Of a stretch of 64,000 nucleotides of DNA, positions 19,654-30,110 are shown one piece after another. The notes under the pieces were generated by a model. The model worked only from the letters and a program-made list of their open reading frames with translations. It was not told the DNA's origin and made no database searches. Position numbers and translations under genes: made by a program. This DNA is from Acidimicrobiia bacterium. Its GTDB lineage: Bacteria > Actinomycetota > Acidimicrobiia > Spongiisociales > Spongiisociaceae. The DNA lies in the NCBI GenBank assembly GCA_009841075.1, contig VXMP01000075.1:5907-69906 (forward strand), given 5' to 3'. The stretch's first letter is position 1; every line of letters begins with the position of its first letter.

Positions 19654-20639
19654 GGCAGGTTCCGGTAGGCGGCACCGGTTCGTCCGTCGGGGCGATAGGG
19701 CTCGGCACCAACAATTTCGGTTGGCGTCTGGATGCGGCAGAGGTAGGGCAACTCATCGACGAATGCGAAGAGCTCGGTGTCGATTTCCTCGATACGGCCG
19801 ACGTATACGGTGAAGGTCAATCCGAGGAATACATCGGTCGGGCTCTAGAAGGTCGCCGTGAGCGGTTTTTTATAGCCACCAAGGTGGGGCTGCCCTGGGA
19901 AGACGGCTCCCGCCCCGGGGGTCTGTCTCCCGACTACATAATCAACTCCGTGCACGGAAGCCTACGCCGCCTCCGCACCGACTATGTGGACCTCTTGCAA
20001 CTCCACGCCCCGGACGACACCACCCCTATGGAGGATACCTACGAGGCTCTGAACTCGCTGGTTGAGGAAGGGTCGGTGCGGTTCATCGGTTGCTCCAACT
20101 TCATGGCCTGGGAAATGGTGGAATGGATTCTGGCCGCCAAGGCGCAAGGGTGGCCATGGTTCTCGACAGTCCAGTGCGAATTTTCGATGTTGACCAGGGA
20201 CGCCGAAACCGAGATGTTGCCCGGCTGTCGACGCCACGATGTCACGCTGATTCCATATCGCCCGCTCGCGCAGGGCTTCCTCACCGGAAAGTATCTGCAG
20301 GGGGAGGCGGTTCCGGACGACACCCGGCTCGGTTACCAGCCCGCCGCCCGAGATCTACGGCTGACGCCCTTCAACTTTCGGGCGCTCGACACCGTGCGAG
20401 AGGTGGCGGCCGAGCTGGGTTGCACTACCGGCGGGCTGGCCATTGCCTGGCTGCTCACTATGGACCAGGTAGGTCCGGTGATAGCCGGGGCTTCCCGCCT
20501 CGAACAGCTGCGGGAGAACGCCGCTGCTGCGGATATCGTGATTCCCCAGGAAGCGATGTCGAAACTGGCCGAATGCCTGCCGCCTGTTCCGGGCGGGGCA
20601 GTAGCGCCACCCCATATGCGTACCACCTCGGAGGGGTAA
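19651..20639 (+). CDS. Aldo/keto reductase
   Basis: The ATG overlaps the ABC stop (ATGA). AKR signatures include IDTADVYG. Confidence 0.85.
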
Positions 20640-20643
20640 CGGA

Positions 20644-21498
20644 ATGGGGGTGACCAAGCTTCTCCCCGAGGCCATCCACGCCAAAGTCGGATTGGGGACC
20701 GCTCCCCTGGCCATAGAAGGCCGTCCGAATAGGCATCAGGCCGTAAAGGTGATCGAGGCAGCTATAGAGTCCGAGGTTGGTTTGATCGACACGGCGGATG
20801 CCTATTGCATCGACTCCGGCCGGGAACATGGGTATGGAGAGCGTCTGGTGGCGGAGGCCCTGCGATCCGGGTCCGACCGAAAAGGGATAGTGGTGGCTTC
20901 CAAGGTGGGTGAGTGGCGGCCGGGGGACGGTAGTTGGCAGCTGCGGGGGCATCCAAGTTACCTGAGGGAGGCTTGCGAGCGGAGCCTTAAGAACCTGGAG
21001 GTGGAAACGATCGACCTCCTCCAGCTGCACCGTCCCGACCCTGAAGTCCCCATTGAGGAGTCGGTCGGCGAGCTCCACCGTCTTCAACAGGAAGGCAAGG
21101 TCAAACATATCGGCGTCAGCAATGTCACCGCCTCCGAGCTGCAACGCGCCCTGGCGACCGCCCCGATAGCTTCGGTTCAGAACCGGCTCTCGGTGGTTGA
21201 CCACTTCGACCCGAAGGTGGTTGAACTGTGCGAGGATCATGGTCTGGTTTTGATGGCCCACAGCCCGTTCGGAGGCCCGGGTCGGGCAAATCACATCGGT
21301 CGGCATCCCGGTCTTCGGAAAGTGGCGAAGACGCTTGGTGCCAACCCGTTTCAGGTGGCGATTGCCTGGATGCTCCGGCTTTCTCCCACAGTGTTACCTA
21401 TTCCGGGTACTACGAAACCACACCGAGTAGGGGAAAATATGCGAGCGGTTGAACTCGACCTTATGAACGAAGAGGTTTGGGAACCCTTAGCCAGGTAG
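20644..21498 (+). CDS. Aldo/keto reductase (second paralog)
   Basis: IDTADAYC and LLQLHRPDP AKR motifs. Confidence 0.85.
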   Translation: MGVTKLLPEAIHAKVGLGTAPLAIEGRPNRHQAVKVIEAAIESEVGLIDTADAYCIDSGREHGYGERLVAEALRSGSDRKGIVVASKVGEWRPGDGSWQLRGHPSYLREACERSLKNLEVETIDLLQLHRPDPEVPIEESVGELHRLQQEGKVKHIGVSNVTASELQRALATAPIASVQNRLSVVDHFDPKVVELCEDHGLVLMAHSPFGGPGRANHIGRHPGLRKVAKTLGANPFQVAIAWMLRLSPTVLPIPGTTKPHRVGENMRAVELDLMNEEVWEPLAR

Positions 21499-22650
21499 GT
21501 TGCGGCCGCCGCCGGTTGCGCCATACCAATCGATGATGCGTCCGATTCCGCCCTCAAGGTCGGATACGCTCGACACCAGGGAAATCCGCAGATAGCTGGA
21601 AGCTACTTGACCGTAGGCAGTTCCGAAGGTGGTCGAAACGTTCCAGTTGACCAGATCCAGCGACGCCTGCTTCGAGTCCACTCCCTCCGCCAAGGGAACC
21701 ATTAGGAAATAGCCGCCCCCGGGCACGTCCACCTCGATCCCTCCCTCCTTGAACAGCCTGACCGCCAGGTCGCGGCGGTGCTGGTAGCTACGCCTCATCT
21801 CGCCCACGATGTCCTGCGGTCCGGTGATGGCGGCTTCCGCGGCGGCCTGGGTCATGGTCGGCAGACAGGTGACCAGCGGCTCCTGGATTCGGCTCAAGGT
21901 GGGTGCCAGCCACTTGGGTGCCACCACGTAACCGATCCTCCAACCGGTCATGGAGTAGGTCTTCGAGAACGAATAGAGGCCGAGGACGTTTTCGGGGTCT
22001 TTGCCAAAGGCGTTGGCCGGCGATCGACCGTCGAAGATGATCTCGTCGTAGACCTCGTCGGAGAGTAAGGGGAGATCATGGCGGGCCGCCACTTCGACAA
22101 AGGCATCCACCAGCCCATCGCTGAAAACCGAGCCGCTGGGATTGGCCGGGGTGTTGATTATGAGGAGTCCGGTTCGGTCGGTGATCATCGATTCAACCTG
22201 GGCCGGGTCGGGCATAAACCCGTTCGCCGGGTCGAGGGGATAGGGCGTCGGGATCGCCCCGTGCAGACGGGTAAGCATCTCGAAGTGCGGCCAGGTGGGG
22301 TCGGGTAAAAGTATCTCATACCCTGGTTTAACCAGAGTGGACATAATGAGCGAGACGCCCTGGATTCCCCCCTGGGTGATAATGATTTGGTCAGGAGTGA
22401 CATCGAAGCCGTTCACCCGGCGAAGCTTGTCGGCAATCGCCGCCCGCAGGGTTCCAACGCCGCTCGTGTCCGTATAGCCGGAGCCGGCCCGGGCCGAAGC
22501 AACCGCCGCTTCCACCACATGCGCCGGGGTGGGGAAATCGGACTCGCCGATCTCCAGATGGAATATATCGTCTCGGCCCGCAATCAGGTCGAAGATCACA
22601 CGAATCCCCGACATAGGAACGGATTCGGCCCAGTCGGATACCTTTGGCAT
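21487..22650 (-). CDS. PLP-dependent class I/II aminotransferase (aspartate aminotransferase-like)
   Basis: SFSKTYSMTGWRIGY PLP-lysine region. Confidence 0.88.
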   Translation of the reverse strand: MPKVSDWAESVPMSGIRVIFDLIAGRDDIFHLEIGESDFPTPAHVVEAAVASARAGSGYTDTSGVGTLRAAIADKLRRVNGFDVTPDQIIITQGGIQGVSLIMSTLVKPGYEILLPDPTWPHFEMLTRLHGAIPTPYPLDPANGFMPDPAQVESMITDRTGLLIINTPANPSGSVFSDGLVDAFVEVAARHDLPLLSDEVYDEIIFDGRSPANAFGKDPENVLGLYSFSKTYSMTGWRIGYVVAPKWLAPTLSRIQEPLVTCLPTMTQAAAEAAITGPQDIVGEMRRSYQHRRDLAVRLFKEGGIEVDVPGGGYFLMVPLAEGVDSKQASLDLVNWNVSTTFGTAYGQVASSYLRISLVSSVSDLEGGIGRIIDWYGATGGGRNLPG

Positions 22651-22771
22651 TAGGTGCTACCTCTCTAGGGGGGTGTTTTCATGCTAGTTGCTCTGCGCCG
22701 GGGCAAAATGTCGGAAAGGGATTTATGCAGTCCACTGTTAATCCCCGTGATACCACTGAGAGAGGCTTCTG

Positions 22772-25266
22772 TTACCTACCTGAGGCCCGATAGAGAGCGA
22801 TCAGGCCTTCATTGTTGGCGAGGGTATTGATCTGGTCTCGGATGTTGTGGTCTTTCAGGTCTAGACGAAGCAGTCGTCCATCTATCCGGTCCAGAATCTC
22901 GATTCTCCCGAAGCGGTGTCCGTGTTCTTGGGCGTATAGGGCGAGCCCTTTGGCCTTTGCTACCGAGTCGGCTAGATGGGTTCCGTGGGGATCCAGGATG
23001 TCGACAACTATGCGGTCATCGTCTTGTCGGAAGAAAAGGAAATCGGGATAGACCGGCTGGTGTTCCCCATTTCTTCGTTGGTAGGGGAGGGTGAACGACC
23101 AGCTCTTGCGGGCGGGGTTGCGGAGCCAACCAAGACAGCCGGGGATTTCTGCTTTTAGTACAGCCTCTTCCAGGTTATTGAAGTGGTCGGAGAAGGTCCA
23201 GCCCTCGTCAACGTAAACGTGTCTTCCCCAGCCTGAGGCTTCGGCGGAACATTTCCACACCACCCGCTCCGGGTACCTGATTGTTATCAGAGCCGGCTGA
23301 TCGGACGAGCCGGTTATTTCGTGGTATACGGAGCGGCGACTCTCCGGCAGGCCGTCGATTTGTTCCCAATACTCGCTTAGCCATTGCCCAACCCGATCCC
23401 GAGCCAGGTTCTCTACTCCTTCTATGACCTCTGGGGCAAAGAGCAGCACGGCCACTTCAATCTTGGCGTGAGCGATCTGCTCCACATCGTCAATGCCCTC
23501 CACCGCACGTTGCCAGAATTCGTGATGGAGACCTTCTGCGATCTTGCGGCCCGCCTCGACGAATAGGTCGTTGATATTTTCGGACGAGGCCTCCACCTCC
23601 TGCACGGTGGTGTTGACAAACCTCTGTTCTATCAGGTCAAAGACAAGGGTGCCGAAGGTGACCAGTGACTTTTCGCGTACCTTATCCTGGAAGGTCTGAT
23701 CTTGGCGCTTTTCTTCCAGCTTCGACTGAAGGAATGCGCAGATCTCAGATTTGGCAGATGAGACGGCGTACTGATCAATACCGTCGACGCCCAGCGCTCG
23801 GGCCAGGCTCATCAGGCGGCGAACCTGTTTAGCCTTTCTGTGGGTAGGAACCGTGTAGGAGGGTAACTTGGAGAGCGCCTCGAAGATAGCCGCCTTATCG
23901 TCTGCACGATGTAACGTCACCGCCTCGCCGGATTGTTCGACCTCGACCGGAGGTACGTACTCGTGGTCGGAGTCGGTTAGGCGCTCAACCACCGATTGCA
24001 CACCTTGGGCGTCGTAATGGGGAAGGAACAGCGACACCCCGTTGAGGCTTTCGTCCTGGTTGATCCGCCTGGCGAGCGGGGTTCGAACCATCCTGCCGAT
24101 CAGCTGGGCTATGTAGGTGGCGTCCTTGGCCCGGCGGTAGGACATCATCGTCTCGGCCCGGGGGCAGTCCCAGCCGGTGGATAGGGCCGTCTTGAAGAAC
24201 ACCACCCTGACCTCGCGGTCGGCGGCGATCCGGGAGGGGGCGAGGTATTGGATCACGCGGCCATCCAAATCAAGGTGGCTGGCCTCGTCGAAGGAATGGC
24301 GGAACGCCTGGTTCGGCAAGGCGGCGGAAAGTTCCTCGTTGATCGCCTGGATCGCCTGGTTCAGGTCGGTGCGCGTTCCAGGCTTACCCTTCGGCGCGTT
24401 TTCCACTTGGACAATGAAGAGAGGCACCACCGGTCGCTCGCCCTGCTCGGCGCAGTATGTCGCCCAGCGCTCGGTGTAGTCCTTCCAGTGGCGGGTCGCC
24501 GCCCGCAACAGCGTGATGTCGATCTGCTGGTCGTCGGCGCTGTGGTGGAGCACGATCCGCTCCTTCAGCAGGCCGGACTCACGAACCTCGGCCGGCTCGA
24601 CGTGTACCGGATGAACGGTGCGGGATCCGGCTACCAGATCGTTGAACCGTTTAGGGGTGGCCGAAATGCCCAGCACCAGCGGCGAGGCTCGCATCTCGTC
24701 GGTGCCCTTAAGGAACCTTTGGATAATCGTTTCCGCGTTTTTCTCGTCACCTTTGGTTCGCATACCGCGATGGGCCTCGTCGATGATCACCACAAAGCGA
24801 GCACCCATCCGTTCGATGGTGTTGTCTAACGTCTGCCAGATCGTCCACCATTTTTTGTCCCCCAATGTGGTGAGCAGCTTGTCCCGGCCCAGCTTCTGCG
24901 TGTTCAGAAAGTAGAGTCGGCCCGGGCTCAGCACCTCTTGATTGAAGGACGACTCTATGACCTCCATATCCATCGGGGTCAGAACATCGGAGGTGTTGAG
25001 CATCTTGTTGTAGGTCTGGAGGTTCAGTTCGGGCAGGTCGGTGATCCAAAGAAATATGGCTTGGTCATCCGGGCCTTGCTGATGGTCGCCCTGGAGAATC
25101 CGCTCTAGGAGACGGGTGGCGATGACCGTCTTGCCTGCGCCGGTCGGTGCCGAAAGAACCACCGCCTGGGGAGAGTTTGGGCCTGCGATCGAGGCGGCTT
25201 GACGGACCCTGGTGGTCAGGTCTTCCACCGCCGCCTGCTGGAAATCCTTGAGGACCAGCCGCATCA
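22772..25266 (-). CDS. res: Type III restriction enzyme Res subunit (SF2 helicase + C-terminal nuclease-like region)
   Basis: The start is taken at MRLVLKDFQQ (about 25266), not at the far-upstream ATG of the ORF. Motif I is APTGAGKT and motif II (DEAH) is VVIIDEAHRG. Confidence 0.8.
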
Positions 25267-27425
25267 GCCCAGCACCCCCGACCGTTGACGGTGAAGTTGC
25301 GCGAGTAATCCCAGTAGAGCCTCCGGACCTGCAAGTGCTCGGGTAGGGCCTGGCACATCTCAATGAAACCGGCCTCCGAGTTGGTGACCAGCCACACATG
25401 GGTAACAGACGGGCGTGACTCAAGTTCCTTGGTGAACTGGGCCAGATGCTGCTCGTCAAACAGAACTCCGTAGGTGGAGCCATCCGGCAGGGACCAGGGT
25501 GCGTCACCGTCCCACTCCTCGAACTCTCCAACCGATCCGGACGCCATCCACAGAATCGGGACCACCGCGTTGAAATGTCGGCCCAGCTCCACCAGGTCAG
25601 GATCCAGATAGTCGAGACGGAGGAACTCGACATTCTCTTCGAATCCGTCTTCGTAGTTGTGGTCGGAGAGGTATCGGTCGGGGTACTTACCGGAGGGACT
25701 TGTGCCATCCGACCGAATTCCCTTTATCGCGGTCTCGCACCTCGGCTTGGTAACGGCCTCAAAGATGCCCTTCGCCTCGAACTCGGCATCTCCCTTGAAC
25801 ACCCCCCTTTGAGTCCCGGCCAGCGATTTAGCATCCCTGTCGTTTACCTCGTTGTTAGTGACCAAAACACATTGACGCCGACCGCCGTCCTGGGCGTTCA
25901 GTAGTGCGGTAGCGTGGAGGGTGGTGCCGGAACCCGCGAAGAAGTCAAGAATTACCGCGTCGGGTTTGGAGACCACCAGTGCATCCAGCGTATCGCGTAC
26001 CGCGTAAAGGGATTTCGGAAAATCGAATTGACGTCCCCCCAAAAGTTCTCCTAAGAGTTTGGTACCGCCTGTACCGGCGTCATGGCGGGATCGATGCCAC
26101 ATGGTCTTTATACGACGGTCCCGAGCACCCACATATCTAACAGAGAGCACACCCGTGTCTTCATTTCGACTCACCACTTCCAGCAAACCGGCTTCGAGCT
26201 GGTCCTGTAATTTGGCAGAGAGATAAGAAATCGCCCAGGTGCGCCGTTCGGGGTCGAACTTCCCTAACCGGGCCAGGCCACGGTGGGCAAGATCAAGTAA
26301 CTTCTCGCGCCCTAGGCCCCAATTACCCAAGGATTTATCCTTACGGATAGGCCAAGCCACCGGAAATCCTCCAATGGTTAGGTCAACCTCTGGAGTGAGG
26401 AAGTTGTACTCCGAAGGGTCAAGTAGTCCTTGTTCACCCCTTTCCTTGAGGCTCTCCCCCACATCTACGATTCGGCCCTTCTTCGGGTCGATGGCAATCG
26501 GATACACCATATTCGGACGGTCGGAAGGAAGAGCATTAGTTCCACCTCGAAGTAAGGACTTCCATCCAGGTGCTTGCTTTTCGCCTGCAGTATCACCGCC
26601 GAACGTAAACAAATCATCTGGCCTTGACTCAACCCCTGCCTCGCCGAAAAAGACAAAGTGGGCATATTCCTCAACACGCGAAAAGCGCGGCTGGGTCACG
26701 CCTTTCGGGTTGTTCATAATCGTCACCATCTGGTGGTAGGCATCCGGGAACATCTCATCAAGCAGAACGCCCAAATGGTGCACTTCATGCTCGTCGATCG
26801 TTACCACCAGCACCCCGTCCGGCTTCAATAGGTGCCTGGCTAAGCGGAGGCGTTTTTCCATAAACGACAGCCACTTGGAATGGCGGTAGCGATCATTTTC
26901 GTCTACGAAGCGGTTGTTGTACTTCCACGACTTGTCGCCGGTGTTGTACGGAGGGTCGATATAGATGCAATCCACCTTCCCGGCATAGGCGTATGTCAGC
27001 ACCTGCAGGGCATGAAAGTTCTCGCCGTTGATGACCACATGGGCGGGCTTTTCCGGACCTCCCCTCCTCACGTTCCCCACCGGGGTCAGGCCGCAGAAGA
27101 CCTGTTCGTGGAACTGCTTCACCACCAAAAGGTCCTTGACGGGAATCTTGGCTTCCGGCCCGTCGGTTCCCCTCGGGATGACCGTGGCCACACCGTCCTC
27201 GACCTTCAAGACCCGAAATTGGGACAGGTCATCGGGAGTAGTGCGGTTCTGGACGATTTGCCCCGACCGAACCGGATAACCGAACACCGAAACCGTCTCC
27301 GGAATGTGCTCCTCGAAGACCAACCCGAACTGCTTGGTCTTCTTCAGTTCCTTAACCTCTGAGGCGACCTGCTCCCGTAGCGACGGGTCTTCAATCTGGT
27401 CAATCAGGTCTTCTATCTTCGCCAT
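25065..27425 (-). CDS. mod: Type III R-M Mod subunit, N6-adenine DNA methyltransferase
   Basis: DPPY motif IYIDPPYNTG, SAM-binding motif FFAGSGTTLHA, and an NPPY-class layout. The C-terminal ~66 codons look like GC-rich read-through overlapping the res start. Confidence 0.85.
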   Translation of the reverse strand: MAKIEDLIDQIEDPSLREQVASEVKELKKTKQFGLVFEEHIPETVSVFGYPVRSGQIVQNRTTPDDLSQFRVLKVEDGVATVIPRGTDGPEAKIPVKDLLVVKQFHEQVFCGLTPVGNVRRGGPEKPAHVVINGENFHALQVLTYAYAGKVDCIYIDPPYNTGDKSWKYNNRFVDENDRYRHSKWLSFMEKRLRLARHLLKPDGVLVVTIDEHEVHHLGVLLDEMFPDAYHQMVTIMNNPKGVTQPRFSRVEEYAHFVFFGEAGVESRPDDLFTFGGDTAGEKQAPGWKSLLRGGTNALPSDRPNMVYPIAIDPKKGRIVDVGESLKERGEQGLLDPSEYNFLTPEVDLTIGGFPVAWPIRKDKSLGNWGLGREKLLDLAHRGLARLGKFDPERRTWAISYLSAKLQDQLEAGLLEVVSRNEDTGVLSVRYVGARDRRIKTMWHRSRHDAGTGGTKLLGELLGGRQFDFPKSLYAVRDTLDALVVSKPDAVILDFFAGSGTTLHATALLNAQDGGRRQCVLVTNNEVNDRDAKSLAGTQRGVFKGDAEFEAKGIFEAVTKPRCETAIKGIRSDGTSPSGKYPDRYLSDHNYEDGFEENVEFLRLDYLDPDLVELGRHFNAVVPILWMASGSVGEFEEWDGDAPWSLPDGSTYGVLFDEQHLAQFTKELESRPSVTHVWLVTNSEAGFIEMCQALPEHLQVRRLYWDYSRNFTVNGRGCWADAAGPQGFPAGGGGRPDHQGPSSRLDRRPKLSPGGGSFGTDRRRQDGHRHPSPRADSPGRPSARPG

Positions 27426-27438
27426 CTAATTCCGCTGT

Positions 27439-28050
27439 TCAGTAATCTTCGTCCGACTCATCCTCGGCCAGGCCGCAGGGTTGGTCTAGGGGGTGATCCC
27501 ATATTTCGGGGGAGGACACTGCCGTAATCCCTACGTAGTAGGTCCATAACAGGCCGCCCACTCCGCCAAGGGGGCCGTCTACGTAGAGCTCGTAACTGCA
27601 ACGCATGCCTTTATCGGGTCGATCGGGGTCGTATCTGCGATAGTCTATGCACCGGTTGAGGTCGTCCCAATCCGGCCCCTCCTCCCAGCCTTTGAGGCGC
27701 ATCTTATGGCGGCTATCGGGAGGGTTCTTGTGATCCACGGCTTGCACGGCGTAGTCCAGAATCAGCCGACGGGCCTCGTCGACCGTCTCGACTATCACCG
27801 GGACGGCGGCCTCGATCAAACATCCGGTCTGGCTTTCTATCTCCACCGTATAGGCCAAACCGGCGCGGTGTTTAACCCACCGGATTGCTTCCGCCCAGGC
27901 TTCTTTCCTGGTATTAAACACAGGGCTATAGGTTGAGAGAGGCTGTCCGTCAAGGGTAGGTCGATAGCCCTCTTCGGTCCGCTCGGCACCGGGAGTCGGT
28001 AGGTTTTCAAGAGTTATTTCCCTGGATTCGTTATCCCACTTTGTAACCAT
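27439..28050 (-). CDS. Hypothetical 203-aa protein with an acidic C-terminal tail, first gene of the mod-res operon
   Basis: Co-oriented, 13 nt upstream of mod, lower GC like the rest of the island. No recognisable motifs; ends ...AEDESDEDY. Confidence 0.6.
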   Translation of the reverse strand: MVTKWDNESREITLENLPTPGAERTEEGYRPTLDGQPLSTYSPVFNTRKEAWAEAIRWVKHRAGLAYTVEIESQTGCLIEAAVPVIVETVDEARRLILDYAVQAVDHKNPPDSRHKMRLKGWEEGPDWDDLNRCIDYRRYDPDRPDKGMRCSYELYVDGPLGGVGGLLWTYYVGITAVSSPEIWDHPLDQPCGLAEDESDEDY

Positions 28051-28291
28051 GCCGGAACCCTAACGGGAGTATGGGACAGAAACCTTTGGGATCTTCCGGC
28101 GGGGACGACATTTCTCGGGAAGGCTCGGCCCAACGTTGAGCGTACAAGCTCTGTGGAAGGTGGTTACTATTCCAGGCTATGTCGGGGAGGGCTAACTGCG
28201 GGTCCGATGATTCGCCCAACGGTCTGCACCCTCCCTAGACCTGGGCTAGGGTTAAATGACCGGCCGATACCTGGAAGGAGGTAGGTCTGAC

Positions 28292-30031
28292 ATGAAATAC
28301 GTTCAGAATCCCAGCAGGAGGCTTCGGAGCGTGATCGCTCTGGTAGCGGTTTTGGCGCTGGTGGCGGCGGCATGCGGCGAGGACGACCCGGCACCGACCC
28401 CCACAACCGAAGCCATGATGGAAGAGGCAACCACCACCACTACCGAAGCCATGATGGAAGAAACCACTACCACTACCGAAGCCATGATGGAAGAGGATGA
28501 GCATGAGCATGAGGATGAAGACGAACATGCTCATGAAGACGAGGATGAACATGCCCATGAGGATGAGCATGAGGACGAGCACGAGGATGTGGAGCTGGTG
28601 GTGGCCATCGGACAAGACATCACCGTTCGCGACCAGCGCCTTCCTGGAAACTCTGCGGCGGCCTTTTCTGCTAACCGTCACATCACCGAGAGCCTGACCT
28701 TCTTCAACGCCAACGGTTCCGAGCTGATGCCGGTATTGGCTACGAGTTGGGAACAGGTCGAACCCACCCGGTGGCGTTTCCACCTGCGCGAAGGTGTCCA
28801 TTTCCACAACGGAAACGACTTCAACGCCGACACCGCCGTTTATAGCTTCGAGAAGTCTCTCGATCCCGACTTCTCTACCTGGTACGGCTTCGTGATCAAC
28901 CCGGTCATAGCCGGCGTGGAGAAGGTGGACGACTACACGATCGACGTAATAACCAACGCAGCGACGCCGCTACTCCCCAATATGCTGGCCGTGGTCGACA
29001 TGGTCGATCCCGCCTACGATGTCGGAGAGCAGCAAAACATTGCTCCGGTCGGCACCGGGCCTTACATGTTCAACGAGTTCGTACCTCTGTCGCAATATGT
29101 GATGGACCGCAACGAAGACTACTGGGGTGGACATGAGGCATACAGCCGGATCACCTGGCGGATCATTCCGGAGCAGGCGACCCGCGTTCAAGCTCTGCTC
29201 AGCGGCGAGGTTTCGGCGATCAACGCCATCTCAACCGAGAACATCGCCCAGATCGAAGGGGCCGGAGGCTTCACCATCGCCGGTTCGCCGACGACTCGGC
29301 TGATTATGATCGCCCTGCGTAATGATCGGGCACCTCTCGACAACCCACTGGTTCGCCAGGCCATGAATTACGCGGTCGACAAGGCAACCATCGTCGAGGC
29401 GCTACTACCCGGTATCGCGGTACCTGCCAACGGGATTCTCACTTCCAATATCCCGGGTGCAAATGCCGCGTCAGATCCCTTGGGTCCCTGGCCCTACGAT
29501 CCGGACCAGGCCCGGGCACTGCTGGCCGAAGCGGGATACAACGGCGAGCCGATCACCATCGCCATCGGTGCCGGGCGTTACCCGAGCGACGATTTGGTCG
29601 GGCAGGCCGTGGTGGCCCAGCTTGTAGAGGCCGGGCTTAACATCCAGCTCGAGGCGATCGACTACTCGACCATGCAGGCCGAGCTCTCCAACCGGGAGAC
29701 AGCCGCCTATGACGGCTGGCTCCAGGGATGGGGATCGTTCTACCTGTCGCCGACCTACGAGCTCGAAGCCTTTTTCGGAGGTCCGGACGGGGCACTGCCT
29801 TTGTTCTATGACAACCCCGACTACCAGACGGCGATCGAGGCCGCCATCAACGCCGAGAGCCTTGACCAGATGGTCGATCCGGCCAGGACCGCAGAGCGGA
29901 TTGCCTGGGAGGATGCGGGCGGTATCTTCTTGTATTTCCCGGTGGAGAACCTGGCGACCGTAGATTCGATGGAGGGCTTCTCAGCCCGATTTGACGAGTT
30001 CTTCTACTTCTCCGGAACTCATCTGCACTAA
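28292..30031 (+). CDS. ABC transporter substrate-binding lipoprotein (family 5, peptide/nickel type) with an N-terminal TEAMMEE x3 repeat and a His/Asp/Glu-rich tract
   Basis: GGAGG lies 10 nt upstream of the ATG at 28292. Signal peptide plus lipobox AAACG. Three 39-bp tandem repeats and HEDEDEHAHEDE low complexity. The SBP_bac_5 fold sequence follows. Confidence 0.88.
   Translation: MKYVQNPSRRLRSVIALVAVLALVAAACGEDDPAPTPTTEAMMEEATTTTTEAMMEETTTTTEAMMEEDEHEHEDEDEHAHEDEDEHAHEDEHEDEHEDVELVVAIGQDITVRDQRLPGNSAAAFSANRHITESLTFFNANGSELMPVLATSWEQVEPTRWRFHLREGVHFHNGNDFNADTAVYSFEKSLDPDFSTWYGFVINPVIAGVEKVDDYTIDVITNAATPLLPNMLAVVDMVDPAYDVGEQQNIAPVGTGPYMFNEFVPLSQYVMDRNEDYWGGHEAYSRITWRIIPEQATRVQALLSGEVSAINAISTENIAQIEGAGGFTIAGSPTTRLIMIALRNDRAPLDNPLVRQAMNYAVDKATIVEALLPGIAVPANGILTSNIPGANAASDPLGPWPYDPDQARALLAEAGYNGEPITIAIGAGRYPSDDLVGQAVVAQLVEAGLNIQLEAIDYSTMQAELSNRETAAYDGWLQGWGSFYLSPTYELEAFFGGPDGALPLFYDNPDYQTAIEAAINAESLDQMVDPARTAERIAWEDAGGIFLYFPVENLATVDSMEGFSARFDEFFYFSGTHLH
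28405..28600 (+). repeat. Coding tandem repeats (3 x 39 bp TEAMMEE(A/T)TTTT) followed by a GAnGAnCAT (His-Glu-Asp) microrepeat
   Basis: Direct reading: accgaagccatgatggaagag... occurs three times, followed by gatgagcatgag/gaggatgaacatgc periodicity. Confidence 0.8.
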
Positions 30032-30110
30032 TCAAACTTTCTGAAAGTAGCGGGAGGAGGCTAGGCCTTCTTCCGCTACTTTATGGCTATATGACCGATC
30101 GGAGCCCCGG

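Noticed and set aside
22772-25708. Long N-terminal extensions in the ORF track (Res from 25708, CobS from 47174, AKR from 19512, tadA from 55824, HEPN from 44592)
   Set aside because: The extended portions translate to Ala/Arg/Gly/Pro-rich GC noise and overlap well-supported upstream genes. Internal starts with motifs or RBS support were used instead.
28405-28600. Tandem direct repeats that could be mistaken for a CRISPR-like or VNTR array
   Set aside because: The repeats are in frame inside the SBP gene (TEAMMEE x3 plus a His/Glu/Asp codon microrepeat). There are no spacer-like unique segments and no cas genes, so this is a coding low-complexity region.
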